Source: Malacoraja senta
Taxonomy: Eukaryota
Direction: 5' to 3'
NCBI GenBank assembly: GCA_038087875.1
Contig: CM075990.1
Coordinates: 372,001 to 436,000 of the forward strand
Length of the DNA: 64,000 bases
The notes below the pieces were generated by a model, which saw only the letters and a list, made by a program, of their open reading frames with translations, was not told the origin of the DNA and made no database searches. The first letter of the stretch is position 1. Each line of letters opens with the position of its first letter. Positions 48,154-61,115 of this stretch are shown one piece after another. Position numbers and translations under genes: made by a program.

Positions 48154-48933
48154 CATCAAGGGGACTCACCGTCGAGTAGACGTGCGTTCAGTGTTATACG
48201 CAGCACAGAGAGCAGTGACCCTCTCGCTTCCTCCGTCTGGCAGAGACTGAGTGAGGCACAACACTTCCGGGTTTTATAATCCCTCCCCCCTGCCGCCAGC
48301 GGGGGCAGCAGAGAGAATGGGGACATTTTTTAAAACATTAATATATCTCTGATTTTTCATCGATGGCAAAAATCCTCCAGTCCAGTCTGGCGGAGGCGGG
48401 CTCTGAGCGAGGTGTCCAAAAATGACGCCATTAGGTGGTGGTGTTCTCTCCGAAATCACAGCATAGCGAGTCAAAAGCGGTCAAGATCTTACTTTTAGTA
48501 ATATAGATGAACACAAATGGGTGTTCTGGAAACATCTACTGGAAGAAACTTTGAACTCAATGTAGATTGAGGTTGAGTACTCTTTAAGCAGAAAGATAAG
48601 AGAAAATAATTAAATATTGTTTCAATAGTCACAATTACAGTTCACAGTTTAATAGTCACAATTACAGTGGTGAGCAAGCAGAATTACACATTTACAATGA
48701 GAGCACATCTCACATACAAGAACAGTTCAGATTATTCAAATGCCTGTTGGGAATTCACGCACCCAAAATTCTTCTTTCCCACTGTAGACACAAGAGATTG
48801 CAGGTGCTGGAATCTTGAGCAGTAATCAAACTGCTGGAGTAACTCGATGGGTCAAGCAGCATCTGTGGAAGAAAATGGAAATTATCCATTTCCCTTCACA
48901 GTTACTGCCTGACCTACTGAGTTCCTACTACAG

Positions 48934-50325
48934 TTTAGTTTAGAGGTATAGCATGGAAACATGCCTTTTGGCCCACCAAGTCCGCGCAACTTGCGATCCC
49001 TGCATAAGGAATCCTACACAAGGGCCAATTTTTACATTTATACTTGGATGTACGTCTTTGGAGTGCGGGAGGAAACTGAAGTTCTCGGAGAAAACCAACG
49101 TAGGTCACGGGGAGAACGTACAAACTCTGTACCGACAGCACCCATAGCCAGGATCGAACCCATGTCTCTGGCGCTGTAAGTGCTGTAAGGGAACAACTCT
49201 ACCGCTGCACCACTACGTTTGTATTTTTCCCAGTGCAATGAGAGATGAATCTCTCAGCAGCCAATGGTGTGCTTTTGTGCAGTTATCTTGACCAAACTTG
49301 AAGTGCATTAATTGGCTCCTACTCACATAATTTCTGAAGGATATAGCATGCCTGACTATTTAGTTTTGTTTAGAAATACAGCGCGGATTTGGCCGTTCGG
49401 CCCACCGAGTCCGCGCTGACCAGCGATTCCCGCACATTAACACTATCCTGCACTAGGGCCAAATTTTACTTTTATACTAAGCCAATTTACCTACAAACCT
49501 ACAAACCTGTATGTCTTTGGAGTGTGGGAGGAAACCGAAGATCTCGGAGAAAACCCATGCAGATACAGGGAGAACGTACAAACTCCATACTGGCGGCACC
49601 TGTAGCCAGGATCAAACCTGGGTCTCTGGCACTGAAGGCGCTGTAAGGCAGCAACTCTACCGCTGCGCCACTATGCCGCCCTGCAGCAACAATGATATTT
49701 ATGTCTTCCAGATTCCCTTCCCCTCTCTGCCACGTAAAAAATGCTTGTATTCTCACTTTACTGATTCTGATGAGAGGTCATTGGCCTGAAATATTGACTT
49801 TCCACAAATGCTGCCCCACCTGCTGGGTATCTCCAGAATGGTCTCTTTATTCTTGGCTCAGTTCACTTGGGATGGTGCTGGTGCAAACCTCTGTACTGCT
49901 GTGGCAACTGTAATATTCCATTCATCTTTTGGCATTTTAGGAGTCTTAAGAAAATATCTAAGCAGATGGGGTTTAGATGCAGGAGAATTGAAAGAGCTCT
50001 CACAGGTTTTTTTCAGTTTAGAGATACAGCACGGAAACAGGCCCTTCAGCCCACCGAGTCCACACCGACTGGTGATCCCCCACACATTAACACTATCCTG
50101 CACACACTAGAGGTTAATTTACATTTACACCAAGTCAATTAACCTACAAACCTGTGCGTCTTTGGAGTGGGGGAGGAAACCGAAGATCTCGGAGAAAACC
50201 CACACGGTCATGGGGAGAACCTACAAACTCCGTACAGATAGCACTCATAGTCGGGATCAAACCCGGGTCTCTGGTGCTGCAAGCGATGTAAGGCAGCAAC
50301 TCTACTGCTGCGCCACCGTGCCGCC
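48934..50325 (-). mobile_element. Three V-SINE copies (48934-49213, 49358-49680, 50014-50325)
   Basis: Reverse complements of the SINE family. Confidence 0.85.
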
Positions 50326-50408
50326 TTGATAGTTACATGGTTCAGCATAGACTAAGCAAATTATGTCAGAATAAATTTGAAAAGCTATAGTTGGCATACC
50401 ACTTGTTA

Positions 50409-50727
50409 AGGGGCTGTCCCACTGTACAAGCTAATCAAGAGCTCTCCCGAGTTAAAAAAAAAATCAAACTCGTGGTAAGCACGTATAATGTATGTAGCGA
50501 GTACGTCAGAGTTCGGGATGTCTCTTAGTGGCTCGTAACGCTAACAGCAGGTACTCAGGAATAGCGGTAAGCTCGGGAAGACTCGTGAAGATTTTTCAAC
50601 ATGTTGAAAAATGTCCACGAGAGGCCCGAGTACATACAAGCGGCTATTACCGAATTCTCCGAGTTCGAATCAGGGGATACTCGGGAGAATTAGCTTGTGA
50701 ATTAGCTCGTACAGTGGGACAGCCCCA
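50409..50727. mobile_element. Harbinger-type MITE
   Basis: TIRs GGGGCTGTCCCACTGTAC(A/G)AGCTAAT; TTA/TAA flanks. Confidence 0.85.
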
Positions 50728-50954
50728 TAACATTGTCTTTAGGTGATAAGCCCTTTTTTATTCTAGTTGGAACACTACATTTGTCCTGATGGAACAAAGA
50801 AAAGTATTTCAATTTCACTACATTATATCTTTTTGCAACATTTTGCCGAGCATATTCATCAGAGATTTCTGATCAGCAAGTGAAAGCAACTGTCCTCATA
50901 CCTTTGAAATGTATTTAAATTTCACCAACCACGGATGTGTTGGATCTGAAATGT

Positions 50955-51450
50955 GTAGGAAGGAACTGCAGATCCTGGTTTACACCGAAGATAGACACAA
51001 AATTCTGGAGTAATTCAGTGGGACAGGCAGTATCTCTGGAGAAAAGGAACAGGTGACGTTTCGGGTCGAGACCCTTCTTCATATTGAGAGTTAGGGGAGA
51101 AGGAGACATAAGGATATGGAAGGATAAGGTGTGAAAACACAGATCAAAGGGGACGATGATCAAGGAAAATGTAGAATGGTTCATTGCCAGCTGAGGGGAA
51201 GGTGGCAATGAGGCGCACAATAAGAAAAATGTAATCAGGAGGACAGTGAAACTAGTCGTAGAACTAGGATCGGGGAGGGGTGGAGAGAGAGGTAAAGTCA
51301 GGGTTACTTGAAGTTAGAGAAATCAATATTCAAACCACTGGGAATATTTTCCCAAGCGAAATAGGAGGTGCTGTTCCTCTAATTTGCCTTGGGCCTCACT
51401 CTGACAGTGGAGGAATGGGAGGGGGGAGTCCAAGTGTTTGACAACCAGGA
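50955..51450 (-). mobile_element. Penelope-like 3' fragment
   Basis: GIY-YIG C-terminal remnant plus terminal region with hammerhead-like motif. Confidence 0.75.
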
Positions 51451-51593
51451 AATCACATAAACCTTCACAGATCTGAAATGCATTTCAATGTGTCATGTTG
51501 CATTGCTGTGAGAATGAGCATTTGAAAATATTAAAATATAAATATAAAGTATGTGCAGTTCAGTGGATAGAAAAATTGGTTTGCAACTTAGAG

Positions 51594-52530
51594 TTTAGTT
51601 TAGTTTAGAGATAGAGAGATAAAGTGCAGAAACAGGCCCTTCGGCCCACTGAATCCACGCCGACCTGCAATCCCCGCAAATTAACATTATCCTACACTCT
51701 AGGGACAATTTTACATTTACCAAGCCAATTAACCTACTGTAATCTTTGGAGTATGGGAGGATACCAAAGATCTCGGATAAAACCCACACTGGTCATGGGG
51801 AGAACGTACAAACTCTGTAACAGACAGAACCCGTAGTAGGGATCGAACCTGGGTCCCCGTCGCTGCAAGCGCTGCAAGGCGACAACTCTACCGTGGCGCA
51901 ACCGTGCCGCTCCGAAAGCACTGTTTGCGAACAAGCAGTATTTTGCTTGTTATATATATATTTTTTACCAGCCCTTTGGCCCACCATGTAAATACTGGCT
52001 GTCACGTACCCAACTGTAGAAATGACCCCTGCTCCTACTGTTTGCTCCTGAACGTTAAAGGAAGAGGAGATATGTGCCCTCATTGAGTTTGGAGTTTGGG
52101 TGATCTCCTAGTAAGCAACAAACCATTAGATATGGACCAAAAATACGTTTGTGCTGATGCTCTGAACAACAGGGAAAACTGATTGTTCGGACAACCAATA
52201 AGAAGATTCAGACACAGTTTTGGTACTGCTCTATTAGTTCAGAAAAACAGCTCGGAAACGGGCCCTTCGACCCACTGAGTCCACACCGACCAGCAATTCC
52301 CGTGCATTATCATTATCCTACTCACCAGGGACAATTTACAATCATACCAAGCTCAATTGACCTACATACCTGTACGTCTTTGGAGTGTAGGAGGAATCCG
52401 AAGATCCCAGAGAAAACCTACGCAGGTCATGGGGAGATCGTACAAACTCCGTACAGACAGCACCTGTAGTCAGGATTGAACCTGGGTCTCAGGCACTGTA
52501 AGTCAGCAACTCTAGTGCTGTGCCACCTTG
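51594..52530 (-). mobile_element. Two V-SINE copies (51594-51909, 52235-52530)
   Basis: Reverse complements of the SINE family. Confidence 0.85.
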
Positions 52531-52774
52531 CTGCTATTGCTGACATTGTTTCAGGAAGTGGTGATGCTAACAAAATGCTGAAGGTCAGGGGTCAAACTTC
52601 CCACTAGGTACCAGTAGACCGAGGAATGGGTAGAACAGTGCTCCATAGTGGGTTAAGTTAATATACATCTGCGCAGAACCATTTCCTTGGATTTGTATGA
52701 AAGTGTTTCTTGGCCACTGTTTCTAACCTTGCCTCACTTCACATGCTGAAAGACTGTTTTTCAAGGGCAGCATC

Positions 52775-53080
52775 GCAAGTGGCACAGCTGGTAGAGCTAC
52801 AGCCTCACAGCTCCAGGGACACGGTTTGATCCTGACCTCAGCTGTTGTCTGAGTGGAGTTTGCATGTTCTACCTGTGATCGCACGGGTATCTTTCTTTTT
52901 CCTTCCTCATCTCAAAGACATGTGTTTATCGGTTAATTGGCCTGTGTAAATTGCCCTTAGAATGTAGGGAGTGGATTAGAAAGTGGGCTAACATAGAACT
53001 CGTGTGAATACATGGTTGGCCTGGACTCAATGGGCTGAAGAGCCCGTTTCCATGCAGAACTACACTAAACTAAACTAAAC
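52775..53080 (+). mobile_element. Older V-SINE
   Basis: Diverged head and core, (CTAAA)n tail. Confidence 0.75.
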
Positions 53081-53145
53081 TGTGTTACCTCTAACCCTTC
53101 ACCTCCCCCCTCTACTCCATTCAAGGACCCAAGCAGTCATTCCAG

Positions 53146-53472
53146 GTGCGACAGAGGTTCACCTGCATCTCTTCCAACCTCATCTATTGCATTCGCTGCT
53201 CTAGATGCCAGCTGATCTACATCGGTGAGACCAAGCGGAGGCTTGGCGATCGTTTCGCCGAACACCTCCGGTCGGTCCGCAATAACCAACCTGAACTCCC
53301 GGTGGCTCAGCACTTCAACTCCCCCTCCCATTCCGTATCTGACCTCTCTGTCCTGGGTCTCCTCCATGGCCACAGCGAGCAACACCGTAAATTGGAGGAA
53401 ATGCACCTCATATTCCGCTTGGGCAGTCTACATCCTGGGGGCTTGAACATTGAATTCTCCCAATTCTGCTAG
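53146..53472 (+). pseudogene. Penelope-like GIY-YIG endonuclease domain (truncated ORF)
   Basis: NLIYCIRCSRCQLIYIGETKRRLGDRFAEH...HF...H...E...GLN. Confidence 0.92.
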
Positions 53473-53585
53473 CCCTTGCTGTCCCCTCCCCTTCATCAGC
53501 CATCTGGTTTCCTCCCCCCCTCCCCAGCCCTCGGGCTCCTCCTCCGCCTTTTTCCTTTTTTCCTTTCTTCTCCCCACCCCCTATC

Positions 53586-53619
53586 AGTCTGAAGAAGGGT
53601 TTCGGCCCGAAACGTTACC
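53586..53619 (+). ncRNA. Minimal hammerhead-ribozyme-like motif of the Penelope-like element
   Basis: CUGAAGA-A-GGGU(UUCG)GCCC-GAAACGUU core with palindromic ACGU. Confidence 0.6.
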
Positions 53620-53949
53620 TATTTCCTTCGCTCCATAGATGCTGCTGCACCCGCTGAGTTTCCCCAGCATTTTTGTGTACCTGTGTTACCTCTAAACTGT
53701 TTTAACATAGAGCCTTCTTGGCTGGCCTCATGACCAACACCCTAGTTCATATTTAGTTAATTCAATGTTCCTCATCGTCATTCACACTAGGTCCTATTCA
53801 CCCACCATGCTTCTCCCCTCTTGATCTTTTGATCCAGTAAAGATTGATTTATAAATTCTCATGCTTGCTTTAAAATCACACCATGATCCACCCATCTCTC
53901 TAATTTCATGTAGACCTTTCCGTATTGGTCTACTGAGTACCTTGTAATT

Positions 53950-54225
53950 CAAGTCGTTCAAAGTCGTCTTGTTGAGTCTCATTGTCTGTAACTTATTCTC
54001 ACCTAGCGCACAGCTAACAAAGGCCTGTTTCCTTTGTCTTTGTTAATTTTTTGCTTATCTTTCATTCATTTCTTCTGTATCTCTCTGCATCACCATCTAC
54101 ATCTCTCGTTTCTCTTTCCCCTGACTCTCAGTCTGAAGAAGGGTCTCGACGTGAAACTTCACCTATTCCTTTTCTCCAAAGTTGCTGTCTGACCCGCTGA
54201 GTTACTCCAGCTTTTTGTGTGTATA
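53950..54225 (+). mobile_element. Penelope-like terminal fragment
   Basis: Reverse complement of the 60220-60555 family. Confidence 0.75.
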
Positions 54226-54395
54226 CCCTGTATTCCCATTGATCCACCTCTGGTGGCTCTGTCTTCAAAGACTTCACCTTTGCTATATTTTCCATCCCTC
54301 CACCTCGCTCTAACTTTAATATGATCCCAAAATCCAACTTCTGACCTGCTTAAAGATGTCCATCTGTGCGTTAATATCTCATGTTGCTATTACTA

Positions 54396-57050
54396 GGGTG
54401 GGACAGTGGAGCAGCTGTAGAGTAGCTGCCTTACAGCCACAGAGACTCAGGTTCAATCCTGAATACGGGTGCTGTCTGTACAGAGTTTGTATGTTCTCCC
54501 TGTCACTGTGTGGGTTCACTCTGGGTGCTCTGATTTCCTCCCACTTTACAAAGTGTACAAAGATATCAACTGTACACGTCGTTGGTGATACCACATTTGG
54601 AGTACTGTGTGCAGTTCTGGTTGCCCAGCCGTAGGAAGAATGTCATTAAACTGGAAAGGGTGCCAAAGAGATTCATTACAATATTATCTGGACTTGCGGC
54701 CTTGAGTTTGGGCTGGGAATGCGGGAAACTTTTTCTGTGGAACATGGAAGGCAGAGGGATAGCTTTATTCAGGTATACAAAATCAGCTCTCAGGATTTCT
54801 CTGCGAGAACGGGAACAATTAAAAAAGGCCAGTCTTGCAGGTTGGCTCATAGGCTGAAGAAGAGTGTCGACCCAAAACGTCACCTATTCCTTTTCTCCAG
54901 AGATGCTGCCTGACCCGCTGAGTTACTCCAGTATTTTGTGCCTATCTTCCATACATTTTATGATTGCTTTGAATAGGGACAGATTTGGATTTTGGGGGAA
55001 GGTACTTATTTGGGGAAAGGAAAATTACAATGTCATTAGGCAGGAGCTAAGGAGGATAGATTGGGATCAGTTGTTATTTGGTAATTCCACAGATGACAAG
55101 TGGGAGTTGTTTAAAGGCCAGCTGATCAAAGTGCTGGCCTTTAAACAATGTTTCACCATGTTTCAGTAAGGAAGAGGGATAAGGATGGCAAGGTAAGGGA
55201 ATGATGGATAACCAAGGAGGTTGTAAACTTGTCAGGAAGAGAAAGGAAGCGTATGTCAGGTTTAAAAGGTGACATCAAACGGGGCTGATGAGAAATATAA
55301 CGCAAGTAGGAAAGAACTCAAGCAAGCAATTAGAATGGCCAGAAGGGGCCATGAAATATCATTGGCAAGTCAGATTAAGAAAAATCCCAAGGCTTTTTAT
55401 ACCTACATTAAAAATAAGGAGACAGTTTTTACTCCCATTTGGAAGATAAAACCAGCACGGCTTTGTACCATCAGATTGTATTGTACTAACTAGACTGAGT
55501 TTAGTGAAGAGGTGTTGAAGGAGATTGATAAAGGTAGGTCGGTAGATGATACAGTATATAAATGGATTTTAGTAAGGCTTTTGAGAAAGTCCCTCGTGGT
55601 AGGCAGATCCAGAAGATGGCACAGTGGTAGAGCTGCTGCCTCAGAGCTCCAGAAACTCGGGTTTGATTCTGACTATGGGGCTATCTGTGCAGAGTTTGTA
55701 CATTCTCCCTGTCATCCTGTAGGTTTTCTCCGGGTGCTCCAGTTTCCTTCCACATTCCAAGGACGTGCAGATTTGTAGGGTGATTGGATTCTGTAAATTG
55801 CTCCCGGTGTGTAGGATGCGAATGTGGGATAACATGGAACCAGTTAATTTGAGGAAGGACATTATTGCTATTGAGGGAGTGCAGCATAGGTTTACAAGGT
55901 TAATTCCTGGGATGGCGGGACTGTCATATGCTGAGAGAAGGGAGCGGCTGGGCTTGTATACTCTGGAGTTTAGAAGGATGAGAGGGTATCTTATTGAAAC
56001 ATACAAGATTATTAAGGGTTTGGACACGCTAGAGGCAGGAAACATGTTCCCGATGTTGGGGGAGTCCAGAACCAGGGGCCACAGTTTAAGAATAAGGAGT
56101 AAGTCATTTAGAACGGAGACGAGAAAACACTTTTTCTCACAGAGAGTGGTGAGTCTGTGGAATTCTCTGCCTCAGAGGGCGGTGGAGGCCGATTCTCTGG
56201 ATACTTTCAAGAGAGAGCTAGATGAGGCTCTTAAAGATAGCAGAGTCATGGGATATGGGGAGAAGGCAGGTACGGGGTACTGATTGGGGATGATCAGCCA
56301 TGATCACATTGAATGGGGGTGCTGGCTCGAAGGGCCTAATGGCCTACTCCTGCACCTATTGTCTATTGTCTATTGTCTAATGTGTATGAGTGATCAATGG
56401 TCAGAATGGACTAGGTGGACTGAAGGGCCTGCTTCCGTACTGTATCTCCAAACTGAACTAATTAAGATATACGGGACTCATGGTTTTGTATTCGTATGGA
56501 TTCAGAACTGTTATGGGGGAAAGTGAATATTCTGGCTGGTGGACTGTGACCAGTGGAGTTCTGCAGGGATCTGTGCTGGGAACTCTGTTGTTGGTGATAC
56601 AAGACCTAGACATAAACGTGGACGTTGGTGAGTAAGTTTGCTGACATCATAAAAATTGGAGGAGTTGCAGGAAGTGGGGAATTCTATCAGGAGATACTGC
56701 TGCAGAAATGGGTGGAGAAATGGCAGATGGAGTTTAACCCAAGCAAGTGTGAGGTGTTGCATTTAGGGAGGTCGAATATAAGGAAAGAGTATACAGTTAA
56801 TGGCAAGACCCTTAACAGCATAAATATGCAGAGGAATCTTGGTGTCCAAGTTCATAACTCACTAATGGTGGCAGCACAAGTAAATGTGGTGGTATTGAAG
56901 GCAGACAGTACATGGATAGGACAGGTTTAGAGGGTTATGGACCAAACGCAGGCAGGTGGGACTAGTGTAGCTGAGACATGTTGACCGGTGTGGGCCAGTT
57001 GGGCTGAAGGGCCTGTTTCCACGCTGTATCACTCTATGACTCTATGTCTC
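54396..57050 (+). mobile_element. Cluster of old CR1 fragments, SINE pieces and a young CR1 3' end (55845-56380) nested in a SINE (55615-56460)
   Basis: ORFs 54582-54857, 55269-55493, 55765-56283 and 56625-56930 resemble parts of CR1 ORF2. Confidence 0.75.
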
Positions 57051-57208
57051 TCTTACAGGAGAAAATGTGTTGTGCATGTACAAAAAGATGAACAATTACC
57101 GTAACCAACTGGAAATTTTGTGCAGGAAAGGAAAGGAAGGTACGGTAACAGATACACCCATGTTCATAAGATCATAAGTGATAGGAGTAGAGTTAGGCCA
57201 TTCGGCCC

Positions 57209-58032
57209 ATGCAGTATAATATAGATAAATGTGAGGATATCCACTTTGGCGGCAAAAACAAGGGGGCAGATTTTAATCTCAATGGGGTTAGGTTAGGTAA
57301 GGGGGTGGTACAGCGAGACCTGTGTGTCCTTGTACACTGGTCAATGAAAGTTGGCGTGCAGGTACAGCAGGCAGTGAAGAAAGCTAATGGAATGTTGGCC
57401 TTCATAACAAGAGGATTTCAGTATAGGAGTAAAGAGGTTCTTCTGCAGTTGTATAGGGCTCTGGTGAGACAACATCTGGAGTATTGTGTACAGTTTTGGT
57501 CTCCTAATTTGAGGAAGGACATCCTTGTGATTGAGGCAGTGCAGTGTAGGTTCACGAGATTGATCCCTGGGATGGCGGGACTGTCATATGAGGAAAGATT
57601 GAAAAGACTAGGCTTGTATTCACTGGAGTTTAGAAAGATGAGGGGAGATCTTATAGAAACATATAAAATTATAAAAGGACTGGACAAGCTAGATGCAGGA
57701 AATGTTTTCCCAATGTTGGGCGAGTCCAGAACCAGGGGCCACAGTCTTAGAATAAAGGGGAGGTCATTTAATACTGAGGTGAGAAAAAACTTTTTCACCC
57801 AGAGAGTTGTGAATTTATGGAATTCCCTGCCACAGAGGGCAGTGGAGACCAAGTCACTGGATGGATTTAAGAGAGAGTTAGATAGAGCTCTAGGGGCTAG
57901 TGGTGTCAAGGGATATGGGGAGAAGGCAGGCACGGGTTATTGATAGGGAACGATCAGCCATGATCACAATGAATGGCGGTGCTGGCTCGAAGGGCCGAAT
58001 GGCCTCCTCCTGCACCTATTTTCTATGTTTCT
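57209..58032 (+). mobile_element. 5'-truncated CR1 inserted into an opposite-strand CR1 tail (57163-58110)
   Basis: ORF 57209-57943 is the CR1 ORF2 C-terminus; flanks rejoin as CCATTCGGCCCAT|AAGTCTACTCCGCC. Confidence 0.9.
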
Positions 58033-58592
58033 AAGTCTACTCCGCCATTCAATCATGGCTGATCTATATCTCCCTCCTAACCCCATTCTCCTGCCTTCTC
58101 CCCATAACCTCTCACACTTTCAGTTAATCTTCTAGTGACTCAACAACTGTTTGAGATTCAGGGCAGATTTCTAAAGAATGAGGATATGTATGCAGCATGA
58201 AGAAGAGAATAAGGGACCTGATGAAAGCATCCATTTCCTGAAAACTATTAGAGAAAAAGTATTAATACCCATTAGAATTTCAGCTTTGAGGAGAGATAAT
58301 CTGATACTGCATGTAATGATGAATATATTTGGAAGAGAATGCAATCATAATTCAAATCAATCTTTCAAGGGCCTACGTACATTATTATATACGCTCAAAA
58401 GAAGAGGCGAAAAGTATTGATCTGCCTCAAAGTTATATAACCTGTGAATTTGGAGAACTAACAAATCACCAAAGAGTGTGAGAGAGGACTCTAAGAGAAC
58501 TGAGAGAGTGGGACTGTGAGAACAATGGATCCACTCTGGCAGAAGCTAGGAAGAAAATCCCCCAAAAATCAATGAAACGCATATATGGAGCT

Positions 58593-58684
58593 CCTTTGCT
58601 CCATAGATGCTGCTGCACCCGCTGAGTTTCTCCAGCATTTTTGTGTACCTTCGATTTTCCAGCATCTGCAGTTCCTTCTTAAAC
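58593..58684 (+). mobile_element. Very short Penelope-like terminal insertion
   Basis: Matches 28227-28320; flanked by about 14-bp duplication GCATATAT(G/A)GAGCT. Confidence 0.8.
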
Positions 58685-59069
58685 GCATATATAGAGCTGT
58701 TTCAGAACAGGAACTTTAAAAAAAAAAATCCAAAAATAAACTTTCAGAATATACAAAATAAAACAAAACTGCACAAAACCTTTTCACAAATTTTCAGTGT
58801 CTGTGCTTTCAATAGTTTCATACTCAGTACTGTTTGCACCTATCCTTAATCAGAAAACCACTGCCATTGATGTAGCCCCCCCCTTGGTAATACCAACATT
58901 CAACTAGTTTCTCAACACCTCTACTCTCTCAGTCTTCCCTCCATCCATACCATGTAAACTTCCATCTGTTTCTATCAATGTAGGTACTCCAGTCAGTATC
59001 TAGCAATGCGAAGGGGGTGGAAGAGGTTGAGACTAGTTCTGGGGAGTCCAACTATGGTTATAGTTAAGT

Positions 59070-59380
59070 CCATCCAAGACCGAAATAAATTGCAGAGAAT
59101 TGTGGACGCAGCCCAGACCATCACAAAAACCTACCTCCTTTCTATTGACTCCATTTATACCTCACGCTGCCTCGGCAAGGCCACCAACATAATCAAGTAC
59201 GAGTCGCACCCTGGCCTCTCCCTGTTCTCCCCTCTCCCATCAGGCAAAAGGTAAAGAAGTGTGAAAATGCACACCTTCAGAATCAGGGACAGTTTCTTCC
59301 CAGCTGTTATCAAGCAACTGAACCATCCAGCAGCCCTCAACTACTATCTATCTCATTGGAGACCCTAGGACTATACTTGA
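59070..59380 (+). mobile_element. Rex1-type 3' fragment
   Basis: Homologous to 21333-21650. Confidence 0.8.
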
Positions 59381-59403
59381 CCACGCAGCACACATGGAGA
59401 CAA

Positions 59404-59692
59404 AGATACAGCACGGAAACAGGCCCTTCTGCCCACCGAGTCCTTGCCGACCAGCGATCCCCGCACGTTAACACTACCCTACACACACTAGGGACAATTT
59501 ACACTTATACCAAGCCAATTAACTGACAAACCTGTACGTCTTTGGAGTGTGGGAGGAAACCGAAGATCTTGGAGAAAACCCACGCGGTCACGGGCAGAAC
59601 GTACAAACTCCATACAGACAGCAACCGTAGTCGGGATCGCACCCAGTGCTGCAAACGCTGTAAGACAGCATCTCTACCGCTGCGCCACCGTG
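59404..59692 (-). mobile_element. V-SINE
   Basis: Reverse complement of the SINE family. Confidence 0.85.
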
Positions 59693-60219
59693 CAGTCCTT
59701 GACCTTCACCTGACCCATCTGATCTCCAGACCATCATCACCACCCACCTCTTTTCAACTCCACCCAATCTGCCTAATTTCCAGTCTCTCCCCGTAACTGC
59801 TGTGACAAATGATTATCTCTATGTGAAATCAACTGTATGCTGCCTGAAGACATAGTTGGAGGAAAGATGTACAGCACATTACTGTTCCATGGAGAATAAT
59901 AACGTGCCACAGCAATGACTGGGTACCAAGCTGCTACAGACACTGTTAATCAATATCTTTGCACACTGCGTTCAATTACTAATACCTTTAACTTTGACTG
60001 TTAAAGGTTCTAATAGATTGATGGATCTTTGCATCTAACTGCTGCATTTATGGAATCGTTGATTCATAAGGAGTGTTAGAGCACAAAGTATTTGATTTGA
60101 AACTGCTAAGTATAACCCAGAATTGCTGTCCTTTCTCTATTGTGGCAGGTAGCTCTAATTCAAAAGCTAATAAAGCAGAGCAAGAGAAAACCATGACAGA
60201 GCAGAGGGTAAGAAATCCT

Positions 60220-61110
60220 GTGTAGGAAGGAACCTGCAGATGCTGGTTTAAACCTAAGATAGACACAAAAAGCTGGAGTAACTCAGCGGATCAGGCACCA
60301 TCTCTGGAGGAAAGGAATAGGTGACGTTTTGGGTCGAGACCCTTCTGCAGACTGAGATTCAGGGGACAGGGAATCGAGACATATAGACGATGATAGAGAG
60401 ATATAGAACAAATGAATGAAAGATATGCAAAAAAAGTAGCAATGATAAAGGAAACATACCATTGTTAGCTGTGGGCTAGGTGAAAAAGAGTTACAGACAA
60501 TGAGACTCAACAAGACGACTTTAAAGCTGGTAGAATAACTTGAGCAGGGGAGGGACGCCTACTGGGGTGACACCACCACTATAAACCTTCTCCTGGAATT
60601 GGGTTTGGTTTATAGCTGTCACCTATGCCGAGATACAGTGAACAATTTTTTCTGCAGGCGATCCAGGTAAATGACACTACAGATAGACAGAAAATTCTGG
60701 AGTATCTCAGCGGGACAGGCAGCATCTCTGGAGAGAAGGAATGGGTGACGTTTTGGGTCGAGACCCTTCTTCACACCGAATCGAGGAGCAGGAGGAATCA
60801 CAGAGGGGGAGTAGCGAGAGAGGATGTTGGAGATCTCTCGTCAGAGAGAGGAAGAGAACATCTTCAAAGTAGACATACCTTGGGGAGATTTTGCATTGGA
60901 GCAGCAATAATGTGGTAGAAACGCCCTGCAGATGCAGGTTTAAACTGAAGATGGACATAAAATGCTGGAGTAACTCAGTGAGACAGGTCTGAAGAAGAGT
61001 CGCGACCCGAAACACCATCTATTCCTTCTATCCAGAGATGCTGCCTGTCACGCTGAGTTACTCTGAGATTTTGTGTCTATCTTCGGTTTAAACCAGCATC
61101 TGCAGTTCCT
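60220..61110. mobile_element. Cluster of Penelope-like terminal fragments in both orientations
   Basis: Minus copies at 60220-60555, 60680-60775 and 60925-60985; plus copy at 60987-61110. Confidence 0.75.
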
Positions 61111-61115
61111 ACTAA

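Larger units (their letters stand above)
42717..48507 (-). mobile_element. Composite non-autonomous Helitron containing a nested CR1
   Basis: Same 3' hairpin end (CTAG mutated to TTAG) at 42717 and same 5' end A|TCTATATTACTAAAAG at 48507 as 18515-19729; continuity of the two halves is inferred. Confidence 0.75.
53095..53680 (+). mobile_element. 5'-truncated Penelope-like element
   Basis: 15-bp TSD CTGTGTTACCTCTAA (53080-53094, 53681-53695); GIY-YIG ORF. Confidence 0.93.
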
